Source: Ruminococcaceae bacterium UBA1213 (GTDB lineage Bacteria > Bacillota > Clostridia > Oscillospirales > Acutalibacteraceae). Taken from it: a DNA stretch of 32,447 nucleotides. A program made the position numbers and the translations under genes. Where the stretch lies: NCBI GenBank assembly GCA_002309275.1, contig DBXL01000046.1, positions 1 to 32,447 of the forward strand, in the 5' to 3' direction. The notes under the pieces were generated by a model. That model had not been told where the DNA came from, ran no database searches, and saw only the letters and a program-made list of their open reading frames with translations. Below, piece after piece: positions 1-9,580 of the stretch (the first letter of the stretch is position 1; each line of letters begins with the position of its first letter).

Positions 1-41
1 GTCAATGCTTTTTATACAAATTTTTTGAAAAATTTTTTTGA

Positions 42-809
42 TTATCCCAATGCAATTATATCTTTCTCAATCACCCTGAATTTCTCCAATATTTCCGCAT
101 CCGCATGATAATGTCCGAAAAACCATTTTTTGAATTCACACTTCCCCGACATCGTCTGAAAAAAATCCGTCAGTTCATCGGGACGGTATTCATGCCTTCT
201 GTTTTCCTCGACATAGTTTTCAACCACTATTTTATGCACGTCTGTCGGACATTCATGCGTGATGATATAATCTACTTTGAAATCATACCCGGAAAGCGTT
301 TCAAGAGCGTGTGTCAATTCCTTTTCATTCGGCATTTCTTCCTCCCACCATGACACGCCTTTTACACGATACCTCTTTTTTCCACGTCTTATCAACATTC
401 TTTCCTGTATGTTGAAATCCTTATCCAAAGGATTTAATATGCCGTCCGGTGTATCATGCGACCTTGCACCGCCCATGACAAAAAATTTCTTTCCCTCTAT
501 CTCAAACACTTCTCCACGCATGAGGTGATATATATTATCCGAAATTTTGTGCACTTTTCCGCCGAAAAGATTTTCAACAGGGCAGGCATTGATCATGTCA
601 TAATTTTCATGGTTGCCGTCACAGAATAAAATTTGATACGGCTTTTCACAGAGCCACTTCAGCCAGTAATGCTCCGTTGGAGAGTTATCCCACAATCCCC
701 CGAAATCTCCGCATATTATCACTGTATCATCTGCACTGGCATGAAACAGCTTATTCTTGAATCTGTTGAATTCACTATGGGTATCTCCTGTTACATATAT
801 CACTTTCAT
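42..809 (-). CDS. Calcineurin-like metallophosphoesterase
   Basis: ORF 42..899(-). It carries the metallophosphatase motifs GDTHSEF, GDFGGLWD, GNHENY and GHYH. Start placed at MKVIYVTGDTH (ATG at 809, GGGG just upstream). ATG 836/833 and the ORF-track start at 899 are alternatives. Confidence 0.8.
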   Translation of the reverse strand: MKVIYVTGDTHSEFNRFKNKLFHASADDTVIICGDFGGLWDNSPTEHYWLKWLCEKPYQILFCDGNHENYDMINACPVENLFGGKVHKISDNIYHLMRGEVFEIEGKKFFVMGGARSHDTPDGILNPLDKDFNIQERMLIRRGKKRYRVKGVSWWEEEMPNEKELTHALETLSGYDFKVDYIITHECPTDVHKIVVENYVEENRRHEYRPDELTDFFQTMSGKCEFKKWFFGHYHADAEILEKFRVIEKDIIALG

Positions 810-927
810 CACCCCGATAAATATTTTTTTCATCATTATTACATGATATTTTCCCATTGTCAAGGGCTTTTTTCGGAATGTTTTCAACTTTTCACTCAAC
901 TTTCAACCGCAAATTGTTAAAAACTAT

Positions 928-956
928 TTGAATTTTTTTATGTTCCGTGTTATAAT
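928..956 (+). promoter_or_regulatory. Putative sigma-A promoter of dnaA
   Basis: -35 TTGAAT (928-933), 17-nt spacer, extended -10 TGT-TATAAT (948-956), about 95 nt upstream of the dnaA ATG. Sequence match only. Confidence 0.55.
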
Positions 957-1049
957 ATAATGGAATAAGTGTCTGTATCAGTCAAAAAAGAGTTTTTTGT
1001 GCTGATATACCCCACTTTCAAAAAAAATTTTTTAACAGGAGGAATATAT

Positions 1050-2363
1050 ATGGATTCTTTCAAAGAGGCATGGGGAATTATCTGCGAATACTGCCGCCAG
1101 AATCTGACGGAAGTGGCATACAAGACCTGGATAAGCAAAATTGAACCCGTCAGGCTCGACTTCGGTGAAGGAAAGGCTATTCTCATGGTCCCTGCCGAAT
1201 TCCACAGACAGACTCTTACAAGAGGATATATGCAGCTGCTCAATGATGCATTTGCAAGCGTTTTTGGCGAGGGAATCAAAATATGCTTTACCGTTCCTGA
1301 TGAGATAGTTACCCGTGAACCAGAACAAAATGATATATCCGTTGATGCGGATTATGAATTCACCTTCAGCTCGTTCATAGTAGGCTCATCAAACAAATTT
1401 GCACATGCCGCTTCTCTTGCCGTTGCCACCAATCCCGGCGGCTCCTACAATCCCCTCTTTATATACGGAAATTCCGGTCTTGGAAAAACGCATCTTCTCT
1501 ATGCAATAAGAAATGAGATACACAGGACAAATCCCGAAAAGATTATCCAGTATGTAAAAGGCGACGACTTCACCAATGAACTTATCGAGGCTATCCGTCT
1601 GAATGCCGCAAGCGATTTCCGAAACAAATACAGAAAATCAGACGTGCTCTTGGTTGACGATATTCAGTTCATAGGCGGAAAGGAATCTACTCAGGAGGAG
1701 TTTTTCCACACTTTCAACAGCCTTTACGAAGCAAAAAGCCAGATAGTCCTTACTTCAGACCGCCCGCCTAAAGAAATCAAAACTCTTGAGGACAGACTCA
1801 AAAGCCGTTTTGAATCAGGATTGATTGCCGACATACAGCCCCCTGACTTTGAAACCCGTATCGCCATCATCAAACGCAAGGCAGAACTTCTTGAAATGAA
1901 TCTGCCTGATGATATTGTGGAATACATAGCCACACGCCTTAAAACCAATATCCGTCAGCTTGAGGGCGTTGTGAAAAAGCTCAAAGCCAAAAGCCAGCTC
2001 TACGGCGAAAAAGTGACTATCAATGTCGCTCAGAAAACGATCTCCGACATTCTCAACAACGACCAGCCCCCACCGCTGACTGTTGAAAAAATCATTGACG
2101 AGGTTGCACGCACTTTCGGCATTACAAGCGAGGATATACGCTCCTCCAAGAGAAATTCCAACATATCCAATGCCCGCCAGATAGCTATTTATGCCGTCAG
2201 GGAAATTACCGACCTCTCCATGAACCTCATCGGCGAGGAATTCGGCAACCGTGACCACTCTACCATTGTCTATGCCATCAAGCAGATTGAGAAAAATATG
2301 ACCAAAGATCCCAAACTCAAAGCGACTGTCGAAGACATCATCAAAAATATCCGTGATAGATAA
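1050..2363 (+). CDS. dnaA: Chromosomal replication initiator protein DnaA
   Basis: Walker A GNSGLGKTHLL, box VII/sensor region and C-terminal domain IV (RDHSTIVYA). Start moved to ATG 1050 (MDSFKEAWG...), preceded by AGGAGG at 1037-1042. The ORF-track start at 969 has no RBS and lies in the promoter region. Confidence 0.97.
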   Translation: MDSFKEAWGIICEYCRQNLTEVAYKTWISKIEPVRLDFGEGKAILMVPAEFHRQTLTRGYMQLLNDAFASVFGEGIKICFTVPDEIVTREPEQNDISVDADYEFTFSSFIVGSSNKFAHAASLAVATNPGGSYNPLFIYGNSGLGKTHLLYAIRNEIHRTNPEKIIQYVKGDDFTNELIEAIRLNAASDFRNKYRKSDVLLVDDIQFIGGKESTQEEFFHTFNSLYEAKSQIVLTSDRPPKEIKTLEDRLKSRFESGLIADIQPPDFETRIAIIKRKAELLEMNLPDDIVEYIATRLKTNIRQLEGVVKKLKAKSQLYGEKVTINVAQKTISDILNNDQPPPLTVEKIIDEVARTFGITSEDIRSSKRNSNISNARQIAIYAVREITDLSMNLIGEEFGNRDHSTIVYAIKQIEKNMTKDPKLKATVEDIIKNIRDR

Positions 2364-2641
2364 TCACAGCGTTTGTGTATGAAATTCTCTTAACATTCCT
2401 GTTGAAAAGTTTTCAACTTTTCAACATTTTGGTTGAAAAGTGTCTTTTGGAAATTTTTACCATTTTGGAAGTTTTCAACTTTTCCCCCAACATTCCACCA
2501 ACAGCTTTCAACATAAATGTTGAAAGCTAAAAATTTTCAACAATTTCTCAACATTCCTCAACATATTTTCAACATGATAAAAAGACCGATAAATCCGCTC
2601 CGCAAGCGGATTTTTGGGCACTTTCAACTTTTCAACCGCCC

Positions 2642-2656
2642 CTACTACTACTACTA
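2642..2656. repeat. (CTA)x5 trinucleotide repeat, candidate DnaA-trio element
   Basis: CTACTACTACTACTA lies directly after the GC cluster CCGCCCC (2636-2642) and two tandem boxes (2622-2636). CTA on this strand equals 3'-GAT-5' on the complement, the published DnaA-trio consensus. Confidence 0.65.
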
Positions 2657-2712
2657 TAATATAGAATATACTATAGGCGGGAAAAAATTTTTTTTTTTGA
2701 TTTTTTTTGAAA
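2657..2712. other. AT-rich / T-tract candidate DNA unwinding element
   Basis: TAATATAGAATATACTATA, then A6, T11-GA-T8-GA-A5 (T runs at 2688-2698 and 2701-2708), immediately downstream of the trio repeat and upstream of the dnaN RBS. Confidence 0.5.
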
Positions 2713-2726
2713 AAGGACTGAAAGCC

Positions 2727-3830
2727 ATGAAATTTCAATGTAACCGACAAAAACTGAACAAGGCTGTTGAAAACCTGCAAAGAGTAACCGCTTCCAAGAC
2801 AACAATACCTGCTCTTGAAGGCATACTTTTGAAAGCCGAAAAAAACAAACTGACTCTTTGCGGATACGACCTTGATATAGGCATCACTACCTCAATAGAC
2901 ACGAACATAAAAACAGAAGGTTCTGTTGTAGTACCTGCCAAACTCTTTTCGGATATAATCAAAAGAATGCCCGAAGATATAATAAGCATTGAAACAGATG
3001 AAAAGCTTATTATATATATTTCCGGCGGCAAGGCTGAATATAAAATCATAGGAATGTCTGCGGAAGAATATCCCGAACTTCCTGCGGTTGCCTCTTCCGA
3101 GAAAATAGCTATTGACGGCAAAACCCTCAAAAGCATGATAAGACAGACTATGTATGCCGTTTCCGATAAAGACGAGAACCCTACTCAAAAAGGCTCTCTC
3201 TTTGAAATAGCCAACGGTACTTTCAGGATAGTATCCGTTGACGGATACAGGCTTGCTATCAGAACGGAAAAAGCAAACTTTGACGGAGAAAAAAGCATTA
3301 TCGTTCCCAGAAAATCCCTTCAGGAAATTATCAACCTGATTTCAGATGATGTTGAAAACGTCGTTATCAGGGCAGGCGGCAGACATCTCACCATGCTCAT
3401 AGGAGATTATACGATAATCACAAGGCTTATAGAGGGAGAATTCATGAACTATAAAGCCACTATCCCCTCCGTATCCACAACGGAGGCTGTTATCAATACA
3501 AGAATGTTCTCCGATACCATAGAGAGAATGTCCCTTCTCCTTACGGACAGAATCAAAACTCCTATCAAATGCTGTTTTGAAAACAATACTGTCACTACTT
3601 CCTGCAATACCTCAAAGGGGGAAGCGACCGATGAATTTGAGGCTGATATAACAGGCAGTTATGTCGAGATAGGTCTTGATAATAAATATATCCTTGACGC
3701 TCTTAAATTTGCCGAAACAGATGAAGTTAAAATTAAAATGAACGGCTCTCTTAAACCGATAGTCGTACTGCCCAGCGAGGGAGATAATTTTATTTTCCTT
3801 GTAATGCCCGTGAGGTTGAAAAATGGTTGA
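2727..3830 (+). CDS. dnaN: DNA polymerase III beta sliding clamp
   Basis: MKFQCNRQKLNKAVENLQRV..., 367 aa, a typical beta-clamp N-terminus and length. AAGGA RBS at 2712-2716. The ORF-track start at 2517 would translate through the origin repeats. Confidence 0.97.
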   Translation: MKFQCNRQKLNKAVENLQRVTASKTTIPALEGILLKAEKNKLTLCGYDLDIGITTSIDTNIKTEGSVVVPAKLFSDIIKRMPEDIISIETDEKLIIYISGGKAEYKIIGMSAEEYPELPAVASSEKIAIDGKTLKSMIRQTMYAVSDKDENPTQKGSLFEIANGTFRIVSVDGYRLAIRTEKANFDGEKSIIVPRKSLQEIINLISDDVENVVIRAGGRHLTMLIGDYTIITRLIEGEFMNYKATIPSVSTTEAVINTRMFSDTIERMSLLLTDRIKTPIKCCFENNTVTTSCNTSKGEATDEFEADITGSYVEIGLDNKYILDALKFAETDEVKIKMNGSLKPIVVLPSEGDNFIFLVMPVRLKNG

Positions 3831-4041
3831 TAATAAATTAAAACTTGATGAAAATGAAGATTATATCCGCCTTGATGCCTTTCTGAAAATGCTCGGTGTA
3901 TTCCAGACAGGCGGTCAGGCTAAAATCGCCATACAGAACGGCTCCGTAAAAGTCAACGGAGAAGTCTGCACCATGCGTGGAAAAAAAATGCACAGAGGCG
4001 ACTATGCCGAATTTGACGGAAATACTTTTGAGGTGCTTTAA
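3823..4041 (+). CDS. yaaA: S4-domain RNA-binding protein (YaaA/RlbA-like)
   Basis: 72 aa with an S4-like segment, IRLDAFLKMLGVFQTGGQAKIAIQNGSVKVNGEV. It holds the conserved position between dnaN and recF. The start overlaps the dnaN stop by 8 nt, with GAGG upstream. Confidence 0.85.
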   Translation: MVDNKLKLDENEDYIRLDAFLKMLGVFQTGGQAKIAIQNGSVKVNGEVCTMRGKKMHRGDYAEFDGNTFEVL

Positions 4042-5136
4042 GTGTTTATCAAAAACCTCCGTTTTGAAAATTACCGAAATTTAAAAAATTCCTCTCTCTC
4101 CCCCTCCGAAAACATCAATATCATCTATGGAAGCAACGCCCAGGGGAAAACCAATCTTATCGAATGTATGTGGCTTCTGACGGGCGGACGCTCCTTCCGT
4201 GGAGCAAAAGACAGGGAATTAATTGCCTTTGACCAAAAATTCTCCAGAGTCAAAGCAGATTTCTTTTCAACAAACCGTGAACAAACTGTTGAAATCCTTA
4301 TCCAAAACAACAAGCGTACCCCTTTCCTCAACGGCGTGCAAAAAAACTATATGTCTGAAATCATAGGCTCTTTCTGTGCAGTCGTTTTTTCACCGAATCA
4401 CCTTGCACTTGTTAAAAACGGTCCCGATGAAAGACGCAATTTCATAGACAGTGCCTTATGCCAGATAAAACCCTCTTATGCCCTTTTTCTGAGCCGTTAC
4501 AGAAAAATACTTGACCAGAGAAATGCTCTGCTCAAAGCTATCCCCAAAGCCCCCTATCTTGCAGATACCCTTGATGTATGGAATGAACGTCTTGCCAATG
4601 AAGGCTCTCTCATTGCTTTCCACAGATATGCCTATATGAGAGAGTTTTCAAAATTATCCTCACAATTTTATTTCGGCATATCCAACAATACGGAAACTCT
4701 TGAAACTGCCTGTAAAACAGGCTATCACAGTACCCCTGATATGCCCCGTGAGGAACTTAAACACTGCATTCTCAATGCCCTGCGTCTGAAACAGGAGGAA
4801 GAAATCTCTCTCGGATATACCATAAAAGGCGTTCACCGTGACGATATGACCGTTAAAATCAACTCCAAAGATGCAAGAACTTTTGCCTCTCAGGGACAAC
4901 AGCGTTCTGCTGTTCTTGCAATGAAGCTTGCCGAAGCCTCCCTCCTACAGAAATCAAAGGGAGAACCCCCTGTCATTCTCCTTGATGACGTTCTCAGTGA
5001 GCTTGATACGCAAAGACGGGATTATCTCATACACCGCCTTGACGGCTTTCAGGTATTTATCACCTGCTGTGATACCGATATATCCGCTCAAAACAAATTT
5101 CTTATCCAAAACGGCGAAATATTCAAATCGGAGTGA
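4042..5136 (+). CDS. recF: DNA replication and repair protein RecF
   Basis: GTG start after GAGGTG. N-terminal Walker A GSNAQGKTNLIE, SMC-like signature QGQQRS and Walker B ILLDDVLSELD. Confidence 0.95.
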   Translation: MFIKNLRFENYRNLKNSSLSPSENINIIYGSNAQGKTNLIECMWLLTGGRSFRGAKDRELIAFDQKFSRVKADFFSTNREQTVEILIQNNKRTPFLNGVQKNYMSEIIGSFCAVVFSPNHLALVKNGPDERRNFIDSALCQIKPSYALFLSRYRKILDQRNALLKAIPKAPYLADTLDVWNERLANEGSLIAFHRYAYMREFSKLSSQFYFGISNNTETLETACKTGYHSTPDMPREELKHCILNALRLKQEEEISLGYTIKGVHRDDMTVKINSKDARTFASQGQQRSAVLAMKLAEASLLQKSKGEPPVILLDDVLSELDTQRRDYLIHRLDGFQVFITCCDTDISAQNKFLIQNGEIFKSE

Positions 5137-5142
5137 TTCCCT

Positions 5143-5391
5143 ATGTATCTCCATTTAGGAAATGAAACGATTGTCCGACAATCCGATATTATCGGCATTT
5201 TTGACCTCGACAATTCAACAGTTTCAGCAAAAACCCGTGAATTTCTTGCAAACGCCCAGAAAAACGGTCAGGTTGTCAATGTTTCTTCCGAGCTTCCCAA
5301 ATCCTTTGTAGTCTGCCGTGAAAGTGACGGTCTCAAAATCTATATCTGCCAGCTTTCCCCCGTCACTCTCTCAAAACGTCTGTTTATCTGA
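5143..5391 (+). CDS. remB: DUF370 protein (RemB/YaaB-like)
   Basis: MYLHLGNETIVRQSDIIGIFDLD... closely resembles B. subtilis YaaB (MYIHLG...). It holds the conserved position after recF. Confidence 0.8.
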   Translation: MYLHLGNETIVRQSDIIGIFDLDNSTVSAKTREFLANAQKNGQVVNVSSELPKSFVVCRESDGLKIYICQLSPVTLSKRLFI

Positions 5392-5601
5392 ATTTTCAAC
5401 CTCTGTCCGTTGATATGGTTGAATATCTTTTACACTTAATTCTTTTAAAGAAAAAACAACTGCCTTTTGTGTGCTATAATAGGTGCAGATAACTGTTTGC
5501 GGAATTCCTGTTTTACATAGGCTCTGCAATAGCTCGTACATTCGCTCAGAACGCCTCTGACAGCGTTTCTGACGTAAATTAATATAAAACCCTGCCTTCA
5601 A
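5371..5601 (-). CDS. Questionable small ORF (possible sigma-70 region-4-like HTH remnant)
   Basis: 76-aa ORF with a TTG start and no convincing RBS; it overlaps the remB 3' end by 21 nt. The segment LRQKRCQ...GIPQTVICTYYSTQKA loosely resembles a region-4 HTH. It may be non-coding. Confidence 0.2.
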   Translation of the reverse strand: MKAGFYINLRQKRCQRRSERMYELLQSLCKTGIPQTVICTYYSTQKAVVFSLKELSVKDIQPYQRTEVENSDKQTF

Positions 5602-5697
5602 AAAAAGTCCCGTATTTTCAATTCTGCGTGGACTGGAGGCATGAGTGTTTTTTTGTACTGTGTAAATGCTATCATTATTCAGAAAAGGGTGCTTTAA

Positions 5698-6246
5698 ATG
5701 TCAAATACGCTTCTGACAAGATGTCCTTACTGCGGAAAGAAAATCTCTTACCCCGGAGCTATGCTCATAAAGAAAAAAGGGGAATATTACTGCTATAAGT
5801 GCCAGTGTACCTCAAACATCGTTATACATTCCGGTCTGTCTGCACTTGCTGCGTTTGTGTGCGTGCTGGGAGTTCTTCTTGTACTCCTCTTTTCCATGTT
5901 CGGCGACCATGGGGATTTAAAAAATATCTTATGGGTAGTTATGCCGTTTGTTGTTTTTTATCTCGCAACTCCTTTCTTTATCAAGCTTGAGCCTTTTAAT
6001 GACAAAATATACCCCATGAAAAGAATGCCGAAGCGTGTTTTTGAAAAAAAGCCCAAATCTCCCAAACCCGTCAGGCTTGATGTCGAAAATGACTTCTCTC
6101 AAAAATTCATGCTTGCCAAAAATAACGCCGATAAGAAAATTGCCGAAAATACAGAAAAAATTGATGAAACTCTCCCTAAGGAAATTTCCAATACACAAAT
6201 ACTTTTCGGCTTGAATGATGATGAAAATAAAAAGGAAAATAAATAA
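5698..6246 (+). CDS. Zinc-ribbon membrane protein (hypothetical)
   Basis: N-terminal CPYC...CYKC zinc-ribbon pattern, two hydrophobic helices and a lysine-rich tail. GGGTG RBS. It lies between remB and gyrB, which are adjacent in B. subtilis. Confidence 0.6.
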   Translation: MSNTLLTRCPYCGKKISYPGAMLIKKKGEYYCYKCQCTSNIVIHSGLSALAAFVCVLGVLLVLLFSMFGDHGDLKNILWVVMPFVVFYLATPFFIKLEPFNDKIYPMKRMPKRVFEKKPKSPKPVRLDVENDFSQKFMLAKNNADKKIAENTEKIDETLPKEISNTQILFGLNDDENKKENK

Positions 6247-6268
6247 AGTTTTCAACATATTTCTCTGA

Positions 6269-8224
<1,956 letters not shown>

Positions 8225-8225
8225 C

Positions 8226-8375
8226 GGAGAGTGAAGAGTGGAGAGTTGAGAGTGGAGCGATGGCAGACTTTCAACTTTTCCGCCTGAAACTGTTGAAAAA
8301 TTTTTTTAAAGTGGATATTTGGAAATACTGCGGGAGAAATGACAGCTTCACTCTCTACTCTCCAAACTCCACTCT
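8226..8375. repeat. Long imperfect inverted repeat (GA-rich arm / CT-rich arm) enclosing a TTTCAAC...GTTGAAA hairpin
   Basis: Arm 8226-8257, GGAGAGTGAAGAGTGGAGAGTTGAGAGTGGAG, pairs with 8346-8375, CTTCACTCTCTACTCTCCAAACTCCACTCT, at 25 of 30 positions. The 88-nt loop holds TTTCAAC (8269-8275) and GTTGAAA (8292-8298), followed by T7 (8301-8307). Confidence 0.7.
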
Positions 8376-8395
8376 GATAAAAAGGGAGATAATAC

Positions 8396-9100
8396 ATGAA
8401 AGATGAACCTGTCCACCCGCAAGGGCGGAATGAAATTGAAGAACACAGAGATGAACAGCTTATTGACGATATATCGCATGAGCTTGAAATAATTGAAAAC
8501 AACCGTAGTAATGACGAAAATCCCGATTGGGACGGCTCGGAATCGGAGCTTGTTGCAGATGACGATGCCGAAGAATATGAAATTCCCGAAACAGGAATTA
8601 AAATTTCATATTCCCTCACAGAAGATGAAACGTATAAATGCCTGTATCACAGCAGGCTTTATAAAACGAAAGGCAAACGTGCTGTTTTACAGACGGTTAT
8701 ATTTGCACTTGCAGGGGTGATTTTCCTGCTGACATACTTTTTAACAAATTCACAATACAATGTTTATAACTTGTTTTTCGGTATATTGTGTTTTGTTATG
8801 GTGGCTGTAATATGGCTTGTGCCTCATTTGCACATGAAAAACCTTGCTAAAATCATGGCTGACGGTAAAAATATTGATGCGGAAATTTATCCCACTCATA
8901 TTGATATAGGAAAAGATGATGGGGCTTGGTCTGTTGAACTTGACGGCAAAGCCGAAATTGCCGAATTTGACGGCATTATCATGATATATGACGATGACAG
9001 AAGCTTTGCCATTCCTGAAAGAGTCATTGAACCTGAAGTCTATAATGAAATAAAAGCCATTCTCCTTTCAGGCACCATGCCGGAGGAAATTAGCGATTAG
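8396..9100 (+). CDS. Membrane protein, YcxB-like (hypothetical)
   Basis: Acidic N-terminal region, two adjacent TM helices, then a C-terminal segment (...IIMIYDDDRSFAIPERVI...YNEIKAIL) resembling the YcxB-like domain. GGGAG RBS. Family call is from memory. Confidence 0.6.
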   Translation: MKDEPVHPQGRNEIEEHRDEQLIDDISHELEIIENNRSNDENPDWDGSESELVADDDAEEYEIPETGIKISYSLTEDETYKCLYHSRLYKTKGKRAVLQTVIFALAGVIFLLTYFLTNSQYNVYNLFFGILCFVMVAVIWLVPHLHMKNLAKIMADGKNIDAEIYPTHIDIGKDDGAWSVELDGKAEIAEFDGIIMIYDDDRSFAIPERVIEPEVYNEIKAILLSGTMPEEISD

Positions 9101-9169
9101 CAGTCAGCAATGAGTGGCTTGCCATTGAATTATTTCTTTCAACAATTTATTCAAAAGAGGTTGAAAACT

Positions 9170-9580
9170 ATGATAAACGAAACTCCAATAACCGCACGTT
9201 ATGCCGAAACTGACCAGATGGGCATTATTCACCATTCCATATATCCCGTGTGGTTTGAGGTCGGAAGAACCAATTTTATCAAAATGCTTGGCATCAGTTA
9301 TAGTCAGCTTGAAAAAGACGGTGTGATGCTGCCTCTTTCTGCTCTTGATTGCAGATATATAAAGCCTATTCACTATGAAGATGAGGTTATTATACAAACT
9401 TCCGTTATAAAACTCTCCGTTTCAAGAATTCAGTTTGGCTATAAAGTCCTGCTTGACGGTGTTTTGATGGCGGAAGGCTCTACTACTCACGGTTTTGTCA
9501 ATTCCGATACGTTAAGACCGCTTAATATGAAAAAATTTAATCAACAGCTTTTTGAAAAGATGTTGAATTCTATAGAATGA
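9170..9580 (+). CDS. Acyl-CoA thioesterase, 4HBT/YbgC family
   Basis: ITARYAETDQMGIIHHSIY... hotdog-fold N-terminal motif with the catalytic Asp. Start at ATG 9170 (AGAGG upstream) rather than the ORF-track start at 9110. Confidence 0.85.
   Translation: MINETPITARYAETDQMGIIHHSIYPVWFEVGRTNFIKMLGISYSQLEKDGVMLPLSALDCRYIKPIHYEDEVIIQTSVIKLSVSRIQFGYKVLLDGVLMAEGSTTHGFVNSDTLRPLNMKKFNQQLFEKMLNSIE

Larger units (their letters stand above)
2364..2726. other. Putative oriC (dnaA-dnaN spacer with DnaA-box-like repeat cluster)
   Basis: 363-bp spacer with at least 11 copies of the core TTTCAAC/GTTGAAA. Forward copies: 2410-2417, 2418-2426, 2472-2479, 2506-2513, 2534-2542, 2566-2574, 2622-2628, 2629-2636. 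Reverse copies: 2401-2408, 2432-2439, 2519-2526. Two CTCAACAT variants lie at 2547-2554 and 2557-2564. The cluster is followed by a GC cluster, (CTA)5 and long T-tracts. The position matches the B. subtilis incC part of oriC. Confidence 0.8.

Noticed and set aside
969-1049. N-terminal extension of dnaA in the ORF track (MSVSVKKEFFVLIYPTF...)
   Set aside because: There is no RBS at 969, and the extension runs through the predicted promoter and leader. ATG 1050 has a perfect AGGAGG and gives the conserved DnaA N-terminus.
2400-2640. Could the dense short repeats be a CRISPR array or iterons of a plasmid or mobile element?
   Set aside because: The repeats are only 8-11 bp long, occur in both orientations, are irregularly spaced (0-45 bp) and have no unique spacers. 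The flanking genes are the chromosomal dnaA and dnaN, and there are no cas or rep genes.
2517-2726. 70-codon N-terminal extension of dnaN (MLKAKNFQQFLNIPQHIFNM...)
   Set aside because: It is a translation of the origin repeats and T-tracts (FQQF, FFFLIFF). The beta clamp begins at MKFQCNRQ (2727) with its own RBS.
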